Assembly (NCBI GenBank): GCA_025201805.1
Contig: MU619278.1
Coordinates: 161,752 to 225,751 of the forward strand
DNA from: Parasitella parasitica NRRL 2501
Lineage: Eukaryota; Fungi; Mucoromycota
DNA length: 64,000 nucleotides
Reading direction: 5' to 3'
Shown here: positions 15,549 through 28,339 of the stretch, piece after piece
Layout of the letters: each line of letters starts with the position of its first letter
Numbering within the stretch: position 1 is the stretch's first letter
The notes under the pieces: model-generated
What the model saw: only the letters and a program-made list of their open reading frames with translations
What the model was told of the DNA's origin: nothing
Database searches by the model: none
Program-made: the position numbers and the translations under genes

Positions 15549-15925
15549 AGCCTCGTGGAAGGGGTAAATGGACTTCCTCTTTCTGTGCACAAAATAAACT
15601 TTTTGTCGCAGCTCGACATGTGGGAATTATCTTGCTGTTGCTGCTGTAAATAACGGTCAAATTCATCTGATGGTGAAGGAGGCATATAAATACCATGAAC
15701 ATTAACTGTAGACAATTTGATCATATCTGTTGATGTTGCGGGTGATGTTTCTAATGACAGACTAGTGGATTTTTGTCTCGGTAAAAGTTTGCCAACAAAT
15801 GAAATTTTTGAAAGTTGATTCTTTTTTGGATTTTTTATTTGCGTTGCAACTTTTTCGATGCTTGATCTCGATTGCCAGAAAGAACCCTTCTTCACATGTA
15901 CATTTTGAGGCTCTAAAGAAGGCAT
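15545..15925 (-). CDS. Small hypothetical protein (126 aa)
   Basis: Intronless ORF from ATG 15925; KLSTVNVHGIYMPPSP resembles a motif recalled from Mucorales hypothetical proteins. Confidence 0.55.
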   Translation of the reverse strand: MPSLEPQNVHVKKGSFWQSRSSIEKVATQIKNPKKNQLSKISFVGKLLPRQKSTSLSLETSPATSTDMIKLSTVNVHGIYMPPSPSDEFDRYLQQQQQDNSHMSSCDKKFILCTERGSPFTPSTRL

Positions 15926-16837
15926 TGTGTTGAGTAATAAAGAAAAAAAAAATAGTACTTTCCAGATGTGGGAAGTAGTTGTCTTTTTTAAATAACAATG
16001 AGTACTAATTTTCATCATTTTATGCAGGTGAGGTAACACCACTATTCAACACCACACGCTCTTAAACGATTTAGAGCTAGCTGAAAATCTCATTATAAAG
16101 TTAAATCCAGAAAAATATTTAAATCACTTAAAACTGTGTTTTTGATACAGATTTTTTTTTACCCAAACAACGCAGAGTTGTAAAAATAAAATGACAAACG
16201 AAATGAAGGACTCGCCGGAATTTGGAGAGAACACCTTTAGAAAGGAAGGCCATCTAAAAAGTAGCCTTCTTTCATGGACATAAAAGCTCAGATGAAGCAT
16301 TTAATTATTTGAGTTCAATGAAGAAACTAAATATATCGAAGTGCATGCACAAGCAAGCATAAACACACACTGGGAAATGCCACCTCCAGAGCTTTTGCTG
16401 CTACTACTGTTTCTCTCAAAAAGTAGCGTATTTAAGTAGATATATGCGTTCCTGAGTGAAAATAAAGCATGTATCAGATATAGCTCTGATTATTGCATTA
16501 TCATACAAATAGCAACGTGGCTTGATTTGCTCTTTGGGCAAATTGATAGGTGTTTTCTGTACTAAAGTTAGTATTGTTGCAGCCAACTGTTTATATATGG
16601 TCATGCCAATGAGAATGATAAGATTGTATCAGATGATCTTGACTCCAGGGTACGATATTTATATTTGATCTGGGTCTTGCGAAAAGGATATAGAAAATGC
16701 AATCTGCTAAAAAAAAAGTATAATCTTTCAAAATAGGCCATTAAGCGGGGGAAAAGTTGATATCTCAGATTTGGTGGTAATTCGTTCGTCCAAAAAGGAA
16801 CGTATACAAAAATAATTTTTGGGCTCGTATTATGATG

Positions 16838-16990
16838 TACAGTGCTTCCGCCCTCAATTTAACGATTTTTTGAAAAGCCTGGCCGCTTTTTCGAAAAATT
16901 TTGCGCGCATTTTTGAGTTCAAGTTGACCAGAAAAATAAACCTAATTTGGTCAGCTATTTGAAAACAATTTGACCAGCCTTTTGAAATAT
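16838..16990 (+). mobile_element. Possible solo Tc1/mariner terminal inverted repeat
   Basis: TA|CAGTGCTTCCGCCCTCAATTT resembles TA|CAGTGCCTCCTCCAATTTT at 27590; followed by repeated TGACCA/TGGTCA motifs. Confidence 0.4.
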
Positions 16991-17818
16991 ATCCTTGTAG
17001 TTTACAACTGGAAACAGGTACTGCAATCACAAGTTCAAACAGATTCAACACAATTGCAAAATCGATGTAAATCACTAATATTGTAAAATGACGTGGTTCT
17101 ACTAACTAGCAAGCAACACAAGTAGCAAGTAGCAAGTTAGCGAGTCGTCTCAATTTATAATAAAAATCACTGCAAACCGTTCCTGATCAAATCACTACAA
17201 TAAGCCATTTCCAATATTAGACTACCATGTTTTACCGTAGCGAAACGTTGCTGCAAAAACATTAAAATCAAGGCACTGTATCAAGCCAATTCCAACATTT
17301 GAGAATTATGTTTTTACCGCAGCAAGCGAAGGTGAAAAACAATTGATGTTTATCTCGAAGGTGAAGCGGGCCTGCGGCAGCACGTGCTGTAAGCCACGTA
17401 GCGGCGTCGTACAGCTCGTTTTTTTTAATTTTTCGTTTTCTTTTTTCTTATAAGGTAAGAGGCTGCCACAGAGGACAGAGGAAGGATGGCCGTTCGTTTT
17501 TATCAAGATTCTTGGTTTTCAAAAGAACACCACAGTACTTTGATCTTCCAGCCAATGATCTGGATTTCAAGTGTTTGCATACCTTATAAGTCTGTATGAA
17601 TCTACAGGAGTCAAGCTTATGCATTGCCTGTCGTCGATAGGCCACAAAGGAGTATCACGGTGACTGTTTTCATAGCACATGGAGAAGCGTACAATGTGTT
17701 TGTGCCTGTATATTTGTGTGTGTGTGTATGCCACAAATGTAGTTTAGCAATGAAAAAAAAAAAATAGGCTCCAGCTCTGAATACGTTCCCTTTTCTCTCC
17801 CCTTTCATACATTTTGAT

Positions 17819-20800
17819 ATGGAAGACCAGTTCCCAGTAAACTCTGGGGATGTCGCACCTCCTTCTCAGGCAACAAACGTGCTTTCGCATCAACTCAACA
17901 CAAACAACTTTCAATTTAATACAAATGGCACGAGGAGGAAGCATAAGGAAGCCGTGCGCTCTGCTAGCAAAGTAAGGTAAATTTGGTCTAGTTGTGTGTT
18001 GTAAATACTAATCTTCTTTGCATTTATAGTTGAAACTGGAGCGTATTCTAGGGCTCACTTCAATATCATCCAATATCTTGGCGACAGCGAATGATCTCAT
18101 TGCTTATGCAGCAGGCGCTGTTGTTGTTGTTTACAACCACAAGCGAAACAAACAAGTGGCATTTTTGTATCCACCAGCTGTCATACAGCCAGCTGCATCA
18201 AACAACAATAGCGGCAATATAAACAGCAGCAACACGAACCAGCCATCAGCAATGCCTCTAATCACCCCTCTTGGAGGCGGAAACAGTAATAATGGTGAAA
18301 TATTAACCACTTCTCAGAATATCCCTATTGACGAAAATAAGTCTACGCCTGCTGGCAATCGTGCGAAACCCATCAGCTGCTTGGCATTATCACCTGATGG
18401 AAACTATTTAGCTGCTGGAGAGGTTAGGCGCAACAAAACAACCAAAGACTAGTCACTAACTGTTTTGCTGTTATAGATGGGGCATCAGCCTAGAATCTTC
18501 ATTTGGGATGTAAAGGAGAAAAAGCTGCTTCGAGAAATTAGATCGCACAAGTTTGGCGTTCTTTCATTGACATTTTCTCCGAATATGAGATACCTGGTTT
18601 CAGTTGGATTTCAGGTACATATTTTTGATATGATGTATATAGATGAATTAACTGGCAACCTCTTGTCAATTAGCACGACGGGTATCTGTATGTTTGGAAT
18701 TGGAAAAAGGGTACCAAGTTGGCTGGCAACAAAGTAACTAGTAGGGTAAATGCTGTATCATTTTCAAAAGATGGATCTTATTTTGTCACTGCTGGGCTGA
18801 GACATGTAAAATTCTGGTACTTGGATGCTCGAGGTCGCATTCCAAAAAGAGTGAGTAGATTGTATTAAAGGGTGCCTGCTAGCCACTGATTTGGGTGTAT
18901 ACGTACATCATAGGGGAACTTGTCGTCAAGAGAAACTCAGGTGCTGGATGGTAGATCAGGAATACTAGGTGTGCTACGAGATGCTAATTTTGTCAATGTT
19001 GCTTGTGACCAGAGTGGCAATACTGGTTACACCTACTTCATTACAGACACTGGCATTTTGTGCATCTTCAAGGAGGGAAGAGTCATTGATAAATGGGTTG
19101 ATCTTCAGGTAAACAAAAACAGTAGCACTTGATAGGTTTCATGTGTATAAACAATGCCCATTAGGTCAAAAATGCGTTCTCCATTGCAGTGTCGTCAAAT
19201 TATGTGATATGTACTTGCTCAGAAGGCGTCATTCGGTAGTGTACCTTTTTTTTATTAAAATGTAATGCACTCCTACTTTTTTCGCGTATGGCTAACATTT
19301 TTTTTTTTTTTGTATACAATAGCCTGTTTGAACCAGTTACACTGAAATATGCGGGGATATTGCCAAAACCTCATCCTTTAGGCACTGATATTAGTTTGGT
19401 GACTTCGCCTGAAATGGTTCGTCCTGCAGATGAGTCCACATCTTATCCCGATGCCATTGCTATGGTCTATGATGAGATTGCGCAGAGAGTAATATCAGTG
19501 TATTCGGACCGTAGTCTGTATGTTTGGGACATTAGGGACTTGACAAAGATTGGAAAGTACAGAAGTTTTATATTTCATAGTGATTGCGTGTGGGGCGTTG
19601 AGGTAAGTGTATTATAATACAGCGAAGAATCAGCATTTGTCAATCCTCTCCTTTTTTTTTTTTCTTTTTTTTTCTAGCCCTGTCCAACTGTTGAGCGTGT
19701 GGATAATGCAATCCCATTGAATTCGTTTGCCACTTTCTCGGCTGATGGTACAATTCGTATTTGGAATTTAGACAACCCCATTCACTCCTCCTCATCATCA
19801 CCATTATCACCACAGCAACAACTGAGCCGTGCAATGTCTCCCAGCAGTAGCACAGCTGTTGGCGCACATCGACGAAACATTTACTCGCGCGAACTTGTAA
19901 AGATGATATATGCTGATCCTGATGCTGCTGAGTTCTCAAAAGTCAAAGGGGACATGGACTTTGGGGAAGATCAATGCCCTGATTTTGGAATTCGATCTCT
20001 GAAAATGAGCGCTGATGGGCAAATAATGGCTAGCGGCGATCGCAATGGCAACATGAGGGTGCATGATATGAATTCTTGGAAGATGTTGACGTACCAAGAA
20101 GCCCACGACTCTGAAATTTTATCCATTGACCTAACGACTCCAAAAGACAAAGGTATGCATTTGTGGCTTTTATTACAAATTGTGGTATTCATCTTACCCT
20201 TGTTTGATTAGATGCACCAAGCTTGATTGCAACAGCGAGCAGAGATCGACTTCTCCATATTTTTGATGTCAAGTCTAATTTTCAGCTCGTCCAAAGTTTA
20301 GACGATCACTCATCATCCATTACTGCAGTTAAATTCTCTGAAGATTCGAACCGATTGATCAGCTGTGGCGCAGATAAAGGAATCATTTTTCGACATCGCA
20401 CTCATCCTGTCACTCCATTTCACGATGCAGTGCCTCGACCCTACTCCTCCTATCATAATTATTCGGGGAGAAGCACAGTATTTGATATGGCACTCGATTT
20501 GAATGACCGCTACATAGCAACGGTAACAGGAGAACGCAAACTGTATGTGCTGAGTGTCGAATCCGGTAAGCCTTTCCGTATTTGCAAACCAGAGACGTCA
20601 GACGAAACGGGGAAAGTGTCAGAAAACTCAGGTGGCAGCTTGATCAACATTGATTTGGATCCATTTTCTGGCACATATGCTGTGACAAGCGGCTCGGATC
20701 GATGCATTCGATTGTTTGATCTTACAAGCAGTAGTTGCATCGAGAAAGTGTCCGCTCACTCTGAAATGATCACCGCTGTCAAATTCATCCGAACCAATAC

Positions 20801-23021
20801 TGAAGAAGATGGTCTGCGAGTAGTGAGCACATGCTCAGATGGCACTGTGTTTGTATGGAAAGTCAGTCAAGAGATCATAGCAAAAATGTGTGCAAGAGCA
20901 ACCGAAAGAGATTCAAGAATGGGCCAAAAACTTAAAGTAGCAGTTGAAGAAGACAATGGCAATAGACGCACGAGAAAAGGATCCACGGCCGCAGCGGTGC
21001 GTCCTACAGCTAGTATATCACAAATGATACGCCAAGGAGAACGGAAAACTTTTTCCACAATGTCGCCTACAGAGCAAAAATACGATGATTTATACAAAAA
21101 GATTGCTATTTCGTCAGGGAGACGAAGCAATCGAGATAGCCAGGTAGCAGCTAATAATAATATACCCATCAATACCGTCAACACAAACAATAATATGCAT
21201 TTTCAACCACACCAACCACAAATTAATGACACAGCGACAGTTCCAACTGCCCATACTAATCGAATCAGCCATCCAAGTAATAACAGAGCCTTTTTTAGCC
21301 GCAGAGATAAAGATGCTAACAATGGTAGAAAGTCGCCACCTGATCGGATTGGAGGAAAATTAGATAGGCTCTACAACGGTCTCCCTACCAGTGGAAATAG
21401 CGGCAGAGACAAGGCATTGAATCAAGCTGCCTCACCAGCAGGCCTGGCTCAGTACCGTCAGCAGCAGACACCCCCCTCTCCGTCTAGAATGAACCAAGTG
21501 CTGCGAAGAGCCATGTCAAGAGACGCGCTGAAAAAAGACCAGGAAGCAAGGAAATCATTTACTGCATTCAGTCCACAAAAGCAGAATCAGGAACGTGAAA
21601 CACCTGTATCACCCGCCATACATAGAAGGAGCAGCCAGCCTGTGTTCTCGACTAATCATGCAGTAGCAAGCAAAAGACTTGGTGATCAACATTTGAACAT
21701 AGATACTGAAGCTTGTACATCTATCGCTGAAGGTAAGTCGTGGCGGCACACTGTGCACAGCTGTCACAAAGGTACTCATGCTTATATTAAAGATGGATCA
21801 GACAATGATGCTGATGATGTGGATGATTCAAATCGGGATCAGGACGAAAACGAGGAGGAGGACGAAGACGATTATGATGAAGAGGAAGAAGAGGAAGAGG
21901 AAGAGGAGATTATATTTACTCCTGAACAAGACAAAACCAGCAAGCCGTTTGAAGTTTCATTGCACCATGCACCCTCCGCCGATGATGATACTGGAGAAGA
22001 TGAAGAGGATGGCAGAACCACTCCTGTTTCAGATAATGAAACGCAAATCAAGGTAGACGAAGAGGATGATGGCTCAAGTGAAGACAATGTGGATGATGCA
22101 ATTAACCGCGATATTGTTGCCCGTGAACCGCCCCGTGTTTCAACCTCTTTAAGCCGAACTTCGAGTTCTGTGAAGGGTAATCGTCGTCGTAGTGCTTTAT
22201 TTGACACTTCTACTGGACGTACATCTTGTGACCTTATACCGCCTTCTTCACCTCCTGACGAGCAAGACAACACTGGTTCCATGAACGGAACCGCCACCTC
22301 TAATACTGCATTTAAGGAAATACAAAAAAAGCTCCAAAAAGCAGCCAAAAGACAGAGTATCACTGCTCGCTTCTTGTCTTCATTGACAAAGTCAGATGGA
22401 TCGCCAGCGTCGTCTTCACCCTCGAGGCCATCACTGGATCATATCATGAGCTCATTTCAAGATATGGCCAATAATGCTAAACCCGAAGTAATAGCGACAG
22501 CTCTTTCTCTTCCTCCTACCTCTTTAATGCGCACTAGTTGGACAGATCCACAATCATCAAAAATTCCAGTTGAAAAATTAACAATCGATGTTGCTCCTCC
22601 AATTCCATATATTGAAAACAAGGAGCCTCTGGTGGCTGTTGTTGCACAGGATGTTTCAATGAAAGAAGCGACCTTTAAATTAACTACACCCATAATACCA
22701 CCACGACAAGATGATTCCACCGTAGAAAATGCACTGGCCGATATAGATGGTGTTTCCACACTTCTGGATAGCGTATTAGAAGTGTATTCATCCAAATTGA
22801 AATCGCCAAATGGCTGCAGCGAAAAAGCGATTACTACTATAGAAGATAAACTGAATCAGGTCGCACACAGGATTTTGAAAGCTCTGCAGCAGAAAGGACC
22901 CAATCCGGCAATGAACCAAGTTTCCAATACGACCCCACTAACAACACCCGAAATAACGGACTTACTGGAAAAGTATTCTACCATGCTGCTCAGCATGGTC
23001 GAAAGCAAATTAAATAACTAG
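17819..23021 (+). CDS. WD40-repeat protein, WDR62/MAPKBP1 family, multi-exon
   Basis: Exon 1 17819-17971 joins [10 protein letters not shown]; [51 protein letters not shown] motifs; long disordered acidic tail; ends [17 protein letters not shown]. Confidence 0.88.
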
Positions 23022-23290
23022 TCAATTACAGATTAGTGTATAAATGTACAGATTTTGGCTTGATTTGCATTCGAATAAAATTGTTGTACGATGCTCGTTT
23101 GAAGTAGAATGGTACACATATTTTACTGATTAACCTTCAAATAAAGTCGAAAAGTTCGATATACCTTGGGAAATATGGATCCAGGAATTTCGTGATATAT
23201 ATTGGGCTGACGTCTGTTTTTTCAACAAAGTTAGTAAAATAATCTTCAATAGAACGCTCTTTTATCACTAATCCAAAAATACAACTGATC

Positions 23291-23500
23291 ATGACTTTAA
23301 CAGATATTACCAACAACTATTTTACAGTTCGTAAACAACTTGGCAATTATGCCTGTGGGCTTATTATCGGCAGATATCAAGCTAAACAAAAGATCACTCA
23401 AATTTCACATGAAATGTGCTTACCAAAGTCAATTATTACTGATTGTGTCGATCGCCACAATAAAACAAGAAGTGTAGTAATCCAAAAACGTAGGGGGAGT
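23291..23500 (+). mobile_element. Tc1-like transposase N-terminal HTH fragment
   Basis: RKQL..GLIIGRYQ..ITQISHEMCLPKSIITDCVDRHNKT..KRRG fits the Tc1 HTH and GRP region; truncated. Confidence 0.6.
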
Positions 23501-24290
23501 TTTTACCTCTGAAGTTGTTTCACCAAGTCAGATGTTTTATACACATTACCTAATTTTAAAAAATTCAAATTGTCTGCCGTGTGTCGTTGTAGAAGTTCAG
23601 TACACTGGCAATATGTCCTTTTATCGTCCATTGATCGATTATGGTTTATCGGTAACGAAACGATATTCGGTATCTCCAGTTGTACTTGCCATTATCATTG
23701 CCAATACCACGACAGAATTGTCTGATCTTGCCGTCTACCTTGCCATGGTTGGGCAAAATCTTGCTACTTGCTTAATTCTTCATCGATTTCTGATCATTTG
23801 CAGTTCACTTCTCTTAATCCACTCGTCGCTCTGGAATATTTCCTTATCCAGCAAAAGCCATCACTACAATTTGTTGATCGAAATTGACGACAAAACGATC
23901 CAATTACTCTATACCATTGCGCAACAAATTTTTGTTGATGGATTGAAGCAAATTGAATCAATGATCATGGCAAAAGATCTGGACGAAATCCGCGATCAAT
24001 GTACACGGGCAAAATCGTATTTGCTTGAAGATGTTTTAGATGAAAGCTCAAAAAAACGTACTGTAGACTGTTTAGATAAAGTGTTAGTAAGGGTTGACGA
24101 GCCACGAAAGAAGCAAACAGGATATGTACTGTGAAATAATACCAATAATCTGGTAATCAAATATTGGCAATTGGTTGACAAGCACTATGAAGACCATGGC
24201 CCATTAAATTGGGAAACCATCTTTACGCTTGGTAAAGCAAAAGAGCTTTCTGGTAGTTATTCAAAATAGACCAGTGTCAAATCAGCATAA
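23500..24290 (+). pseudogene. Decayed PD-(D/E)XK-like nuclease gene (copy A)
   Basis: TKSDVLYTLP, frameshift, then LPCVVVEVQ..FYRPLIDY; C-terminal WETIFTLGK..YS*TSVKSA; several frameshifts and stops; homologous to 28340-29339. Confidence 0.6.
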
Positions 24291-25712
24291 GGTATCTTAA
24301 CTTCGATTACTTTTTAAATACTGCTTTCGCATCGTTTACTTGACAATGACATTTATTTTTTTTCGTTCCTGATATTTTAATTTTCTCAAAAGTGAAAAAA
24401 TTTGCCGTCCTCATTGTAACATCTTTTAATATCTTTATGTTTGATAGAGAAATCTAACGTGCCGATATTTTTCGGTAAATATTCAGCATTTGGAAAACAA
24501 AGCTCTGGAATCTAAAAGTATATTTTTAAATCTTATTCACCCAAAAAAGTAATACGAAAAACCAGTGGTGAATTGATCTATTGCTACTAGAAAGCCAAAG
24601 AGCCCCCTTAATCTGACTCCAAAGACTATTATACCTTTTGCAAATGCAATCGAAATGAATTTATAAAAACCCGCCCATTCAAAGAAATCAAATCGCTCAT
24701 ATTTCAGGAGAATGATTCGTGCTTAGGACGTGTATTCCAATTGCAGCTCCTCAACGATATAGACACTTTACTCAAGAAATAGACATAGGGAGCCGAGAAA
24801 TACAAAAAGCTTTGTAGTTTACATTATTGTCCGTTTTCATTTTAGACGAATGTTGTGCTACATCCAGAAAACAAAAAAGAAAATGATGTACCCCTTCTTT
24901 TTCCATGCGAGTCAATTGATTATGCATCTTGCATTGCCTTTTTTCCATATTACCATTATTCAACATGTACCCAAACAGAATCCCTACTTTTTGCTACTTG
25001 TAGTGGAAAGCGTGATTTTCATCATATCTCTTAACCTTGATACATGGTATAATGATGCGAATCAAAAGACTGTTTAAAACACAACAGTTTAAATTAGTCA
25101 GGATCATTATTGTAGATACATGTTGGCCTGGGTATATATTTTAGGTGCATATATTGCAATTAGGCTTGTGATTCGTGTGTAGAGTACTGTTATAGGCTAA
25201 TAATATGCGTATTTTAGCGGGAAACAAAGCCTAAACAAAGGAGGCCATAGGTAACTTTATATGAATGGTGGCCACATGTGATTGTAGGGTGTTTCTTCTT
25301 AATACAATGTACGTCATTTCATACAGAAAAAAAAACGGATTTTGCATAACAAATATACGGCTCTATAGAAGTGATGAGAAATCACATTATCATTATATGA
25401 CATGAATTCGTTGTCTCTATAATATAACCGTTAGTTTGGCCTTTGCACTCCTGAATTCTTCATATTCTTTCCAACTCATTTAATAGAAAAGAAATTCGAC
25501 AAGAACATTGCTAAATTAGGTACATGACTTCTGTAACTCATACTAAAGTAAATACCAGCATGTTGCACTAAATTTCAAGCCTCCCCACTTTCTTTTTGGC
25601 ATGTTAAACATCACATTTCTGTGGTATATATAATGAGCTTTCAATACCTTCAAATTTCTTTCTTTTTCCTCATCTGTAACATATTATCTATCCACCCATT
25701 CATTTACAAATC

Positions 25713-26124
25713 ATGAAGTTCAGCGTATTGTCATCCTTCATCTTCTTGCTCATTAGCGCAGCCTTCTTTATCCAGTCTTCAAATGCATTATCACAACCAT
25801 CAGAGTTAACTGCACTCCATAATAACCCCCGTAGAAACGTGGCTAGGTATGGGTCATCTATAGCTATTCAATGATTTGTTTCACTAATGCTTGTCATTAA
25901 ACAGTTATTTAGCAAAGAGAAAAACATCCAGCAAGCCCAAGAGTTGCGATGGAGAATGTCCTTTAAAGCTTCCCTCATGTCCAAAAGACTGTCCTCAAAC
26001 CTGTGGCTATAAAGGTGAGTTAAATCTACAGACATTTAAGCGACTCTATTTTGACAGTTATATAATAGTAAAAAACGATGGATGCTGTGTGATACTCACT
26101 AGCCCATTTTGCCCTGATACATAA
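25713..26124 (+). CDS. Small secreted cysteine-rich peptide precursor (about 100 aa); exons 25713-25846, 25905-26014, 26069-26124
   Basis: Signal peptide MKFSVLSSFIFLLISAAFF; KR site; 8 Cys; canonical splice sites; TATATATAA near 25625. Confidence 0.75.
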
Positions 26125-26183
26125 GCTACTGTACACTATTCCCAAGAAAAAAAAATACTGTAATAAAAATCAAATAAACTTTA

Positions 26184-26778
26184 TTAGTTACATCTTTCAT
26201 CTTGCAGCATATCTTTTAACATGTCCACTTTTTGCATTATTACTAGGGGCAAATGTTTTGAAACATTACATGTCCACAAAGCAAAAGAGCTGATTGCTAA
26301 AATTATACCTAGTATTGTACCCACTGTCACCTGAGCTTTCGTATGGTGCTGTAGATGCACACGAGACCAAACAACAGAAAAACAGAAACAATAAAAGGCG
26401 ATCAGCAGCAAATATTTGTATGGAATTGTTGGTGAAACGAGCACCACGCAAGTTAAATAGCTCGTAAAAAAGCTAATCGCTGTGGAATGGGATGACGGCA
26501 TTCCGTAGCTCTCTTTGACATGCTTCATGCCGCCAACAGGCACTGGACGAGGTTGTTTTATTACATTCTTCAGTGCCTTTGCAACGAGGGTCGATGCTAT
26601 GGCACTGACAGTAAAATACACCATATGCATTGAGCGCAAGTACACAAGCGCAAGAAAGGTGCATGTAATGACAATTTCACGAGTCTACATGAATATAGAG
26701 CATTAGTTGTGTTGAAGAATAATGAAAATTTCTATTTACAAGAGCTAATAATTTCAATATGAAGGTACTGCTTGTCAT
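26184..26778 (-). CDS. PAP2-family lipid phosphatase (dolichyl-diphosphatase-like)
   Basis: KNVIKQPRP, YGMPSSH and SRVHLQHHT motifs; TM helices; ATG 26778 with one intron. Confidence 0.88.
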
Positions 26779-27589
26779 TTTGCCATGTCGTATATAAACA
26801 GTTGTCAAAAAACGCGATTTTAGGNNNNNNNNNNAAAAAAAAAAAAAAAAAAAAAGGCAAGTACCAGAAAGGAATGCCAATTATATGCTGTACATCTCAT
26901 GCATCAAACAGAACAAGACATTGTGGATTACAGGTTTGACAGGCATTTAGACGTGAATAGTCTTTGCAAAGAATACGTGTCCTAATGCCTGCTGAAACAT
27001 GATTATTAGCACAAATGGTAGTTAACTTGCCTATATTACAAGACCCCGGCCGCCCCAGTGCTAATAGGTTTTTCATTGTTATACATACATATATTTGTAC
27101 ATCAGCACTTTGCCACATTCATTGCTTATCACCGAAAGTGATTTTGACTCAACACTCATTCAAAATCTCCCCTATAAAATGGGTTTATACTGTTAAATGG
27201 GATATACGGCCTAATCTTGCAAATCCACAATGATGAACTGTGAACATTGGAAAACATAAAAACCATGATATACGCATGCATATGTTAAACAGGTATGGGA
27301 TACTGGATCCCGCGTGCCATCTATAATACCACCACACGGATTCGTTCCTTTTCTCTGATATGTACAGCATTTACCAACATAATCTGTGCAATCAGGACTG
27401 TTTGGTTGTACACGATGATAATGACAGCTCTTTGCTCTCGGAAAAAAATTAATGGGTCCAAAGGTTCTCGATTGGCAGGTTATCATCTTTGATTTCTTCA
27501 CCATTGACGATATCCTCGGCAAGGCCCTCTCATATTTTATCAAAAAATAAAATCGGCGAGGATGAGGTTTTAAAACTCACTGAATTTCA

Positions 27590-28200
27590 TACAGTGCCTC
27601 CTCCAATTTTCGTTTTCGACCAAACTGATTTCGTTTTGGTCTCTGACCAGATAAAGTCCAATTTTCGCTTTTTTATCGGCCAAAGTTCGTTTTGGTAAGG
27701 CCACTTCTTAAGTTCGTTTTTGTTCGCTTTAAAGCTCGCTTTTACATCACTCAATCTTCATGTTAAATCTCAAGGTTGAAAGTTGTTGACAGAGTGATTC
27801 GCAATGTTGTGAAGAGCTTTTCTGCTAGTACTTTTGCCTGCTTCAGTAAATCTAGTTTTCAAGTCCTCAGTGCCCGTAGACGCCATAACAGCAAAAGCTG
27901 TCATTGCCCGTGAGATCAGAAAGTCTCTGAAGCCCAAGAAGATCAAGATTGCTGGAGACCGAAAGAGAAAGTACCCTGTTGGTAAAAAGATGCCTAAAGG
28001 AGCTGTTACTGGGCATTATATAAAATTCATAGCTAAAACACTAGATGAACTGGACAAGTTTCCTGAAATGAAAGGTTTGGACATTGCCATGGATTACACC
28101 TATTCATGCCTCGCAAGATATGACAATGATCGAGGCAAGAGGCTATAAGGTCTTATATCTTCCTCTTTAAGACACTGAGGACTTGAAATAAAATAACAGA
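27590..28200 (+). mobile_element. Internally deleted Tc1/IS630-like element: left TIR plus transposase fragment
   Basis: TA|CAGTG start with many TTCGTTTT subterminal repeats; fragment KKIKIAGDRKRK..KGAVTGHYIKFIAKTLDELDKFPEMKG..AMD, i.e. the region around the second catalytic D. Confidence 0.7.
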
Positions 28201-28339
28201 AGTAACGAAGCGAAAAAAAATGATCTTTGGGGCTATATGGTTCTTCAACCCAAATATTGTATATTTTTACTATGTATAATAACATATAGAAAGCATGATT
28301 ATCAAGGAGTTGAACTACAGAGTATGTCGATGAAAAGCC

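Noticed and set aside
17270-17280. GCACTGTA as the closing TIR of a MITE starting at 16838
   Set aside because: Only 8 bp match and no subterminal symmetry
26890-27560. Short ORFs and an ATGATGA box-C-like word at about 27229
   Set aside because: No coherent protein motif, terminal stem or recognisable rRNA guide; may be a decayed gene but unsupported
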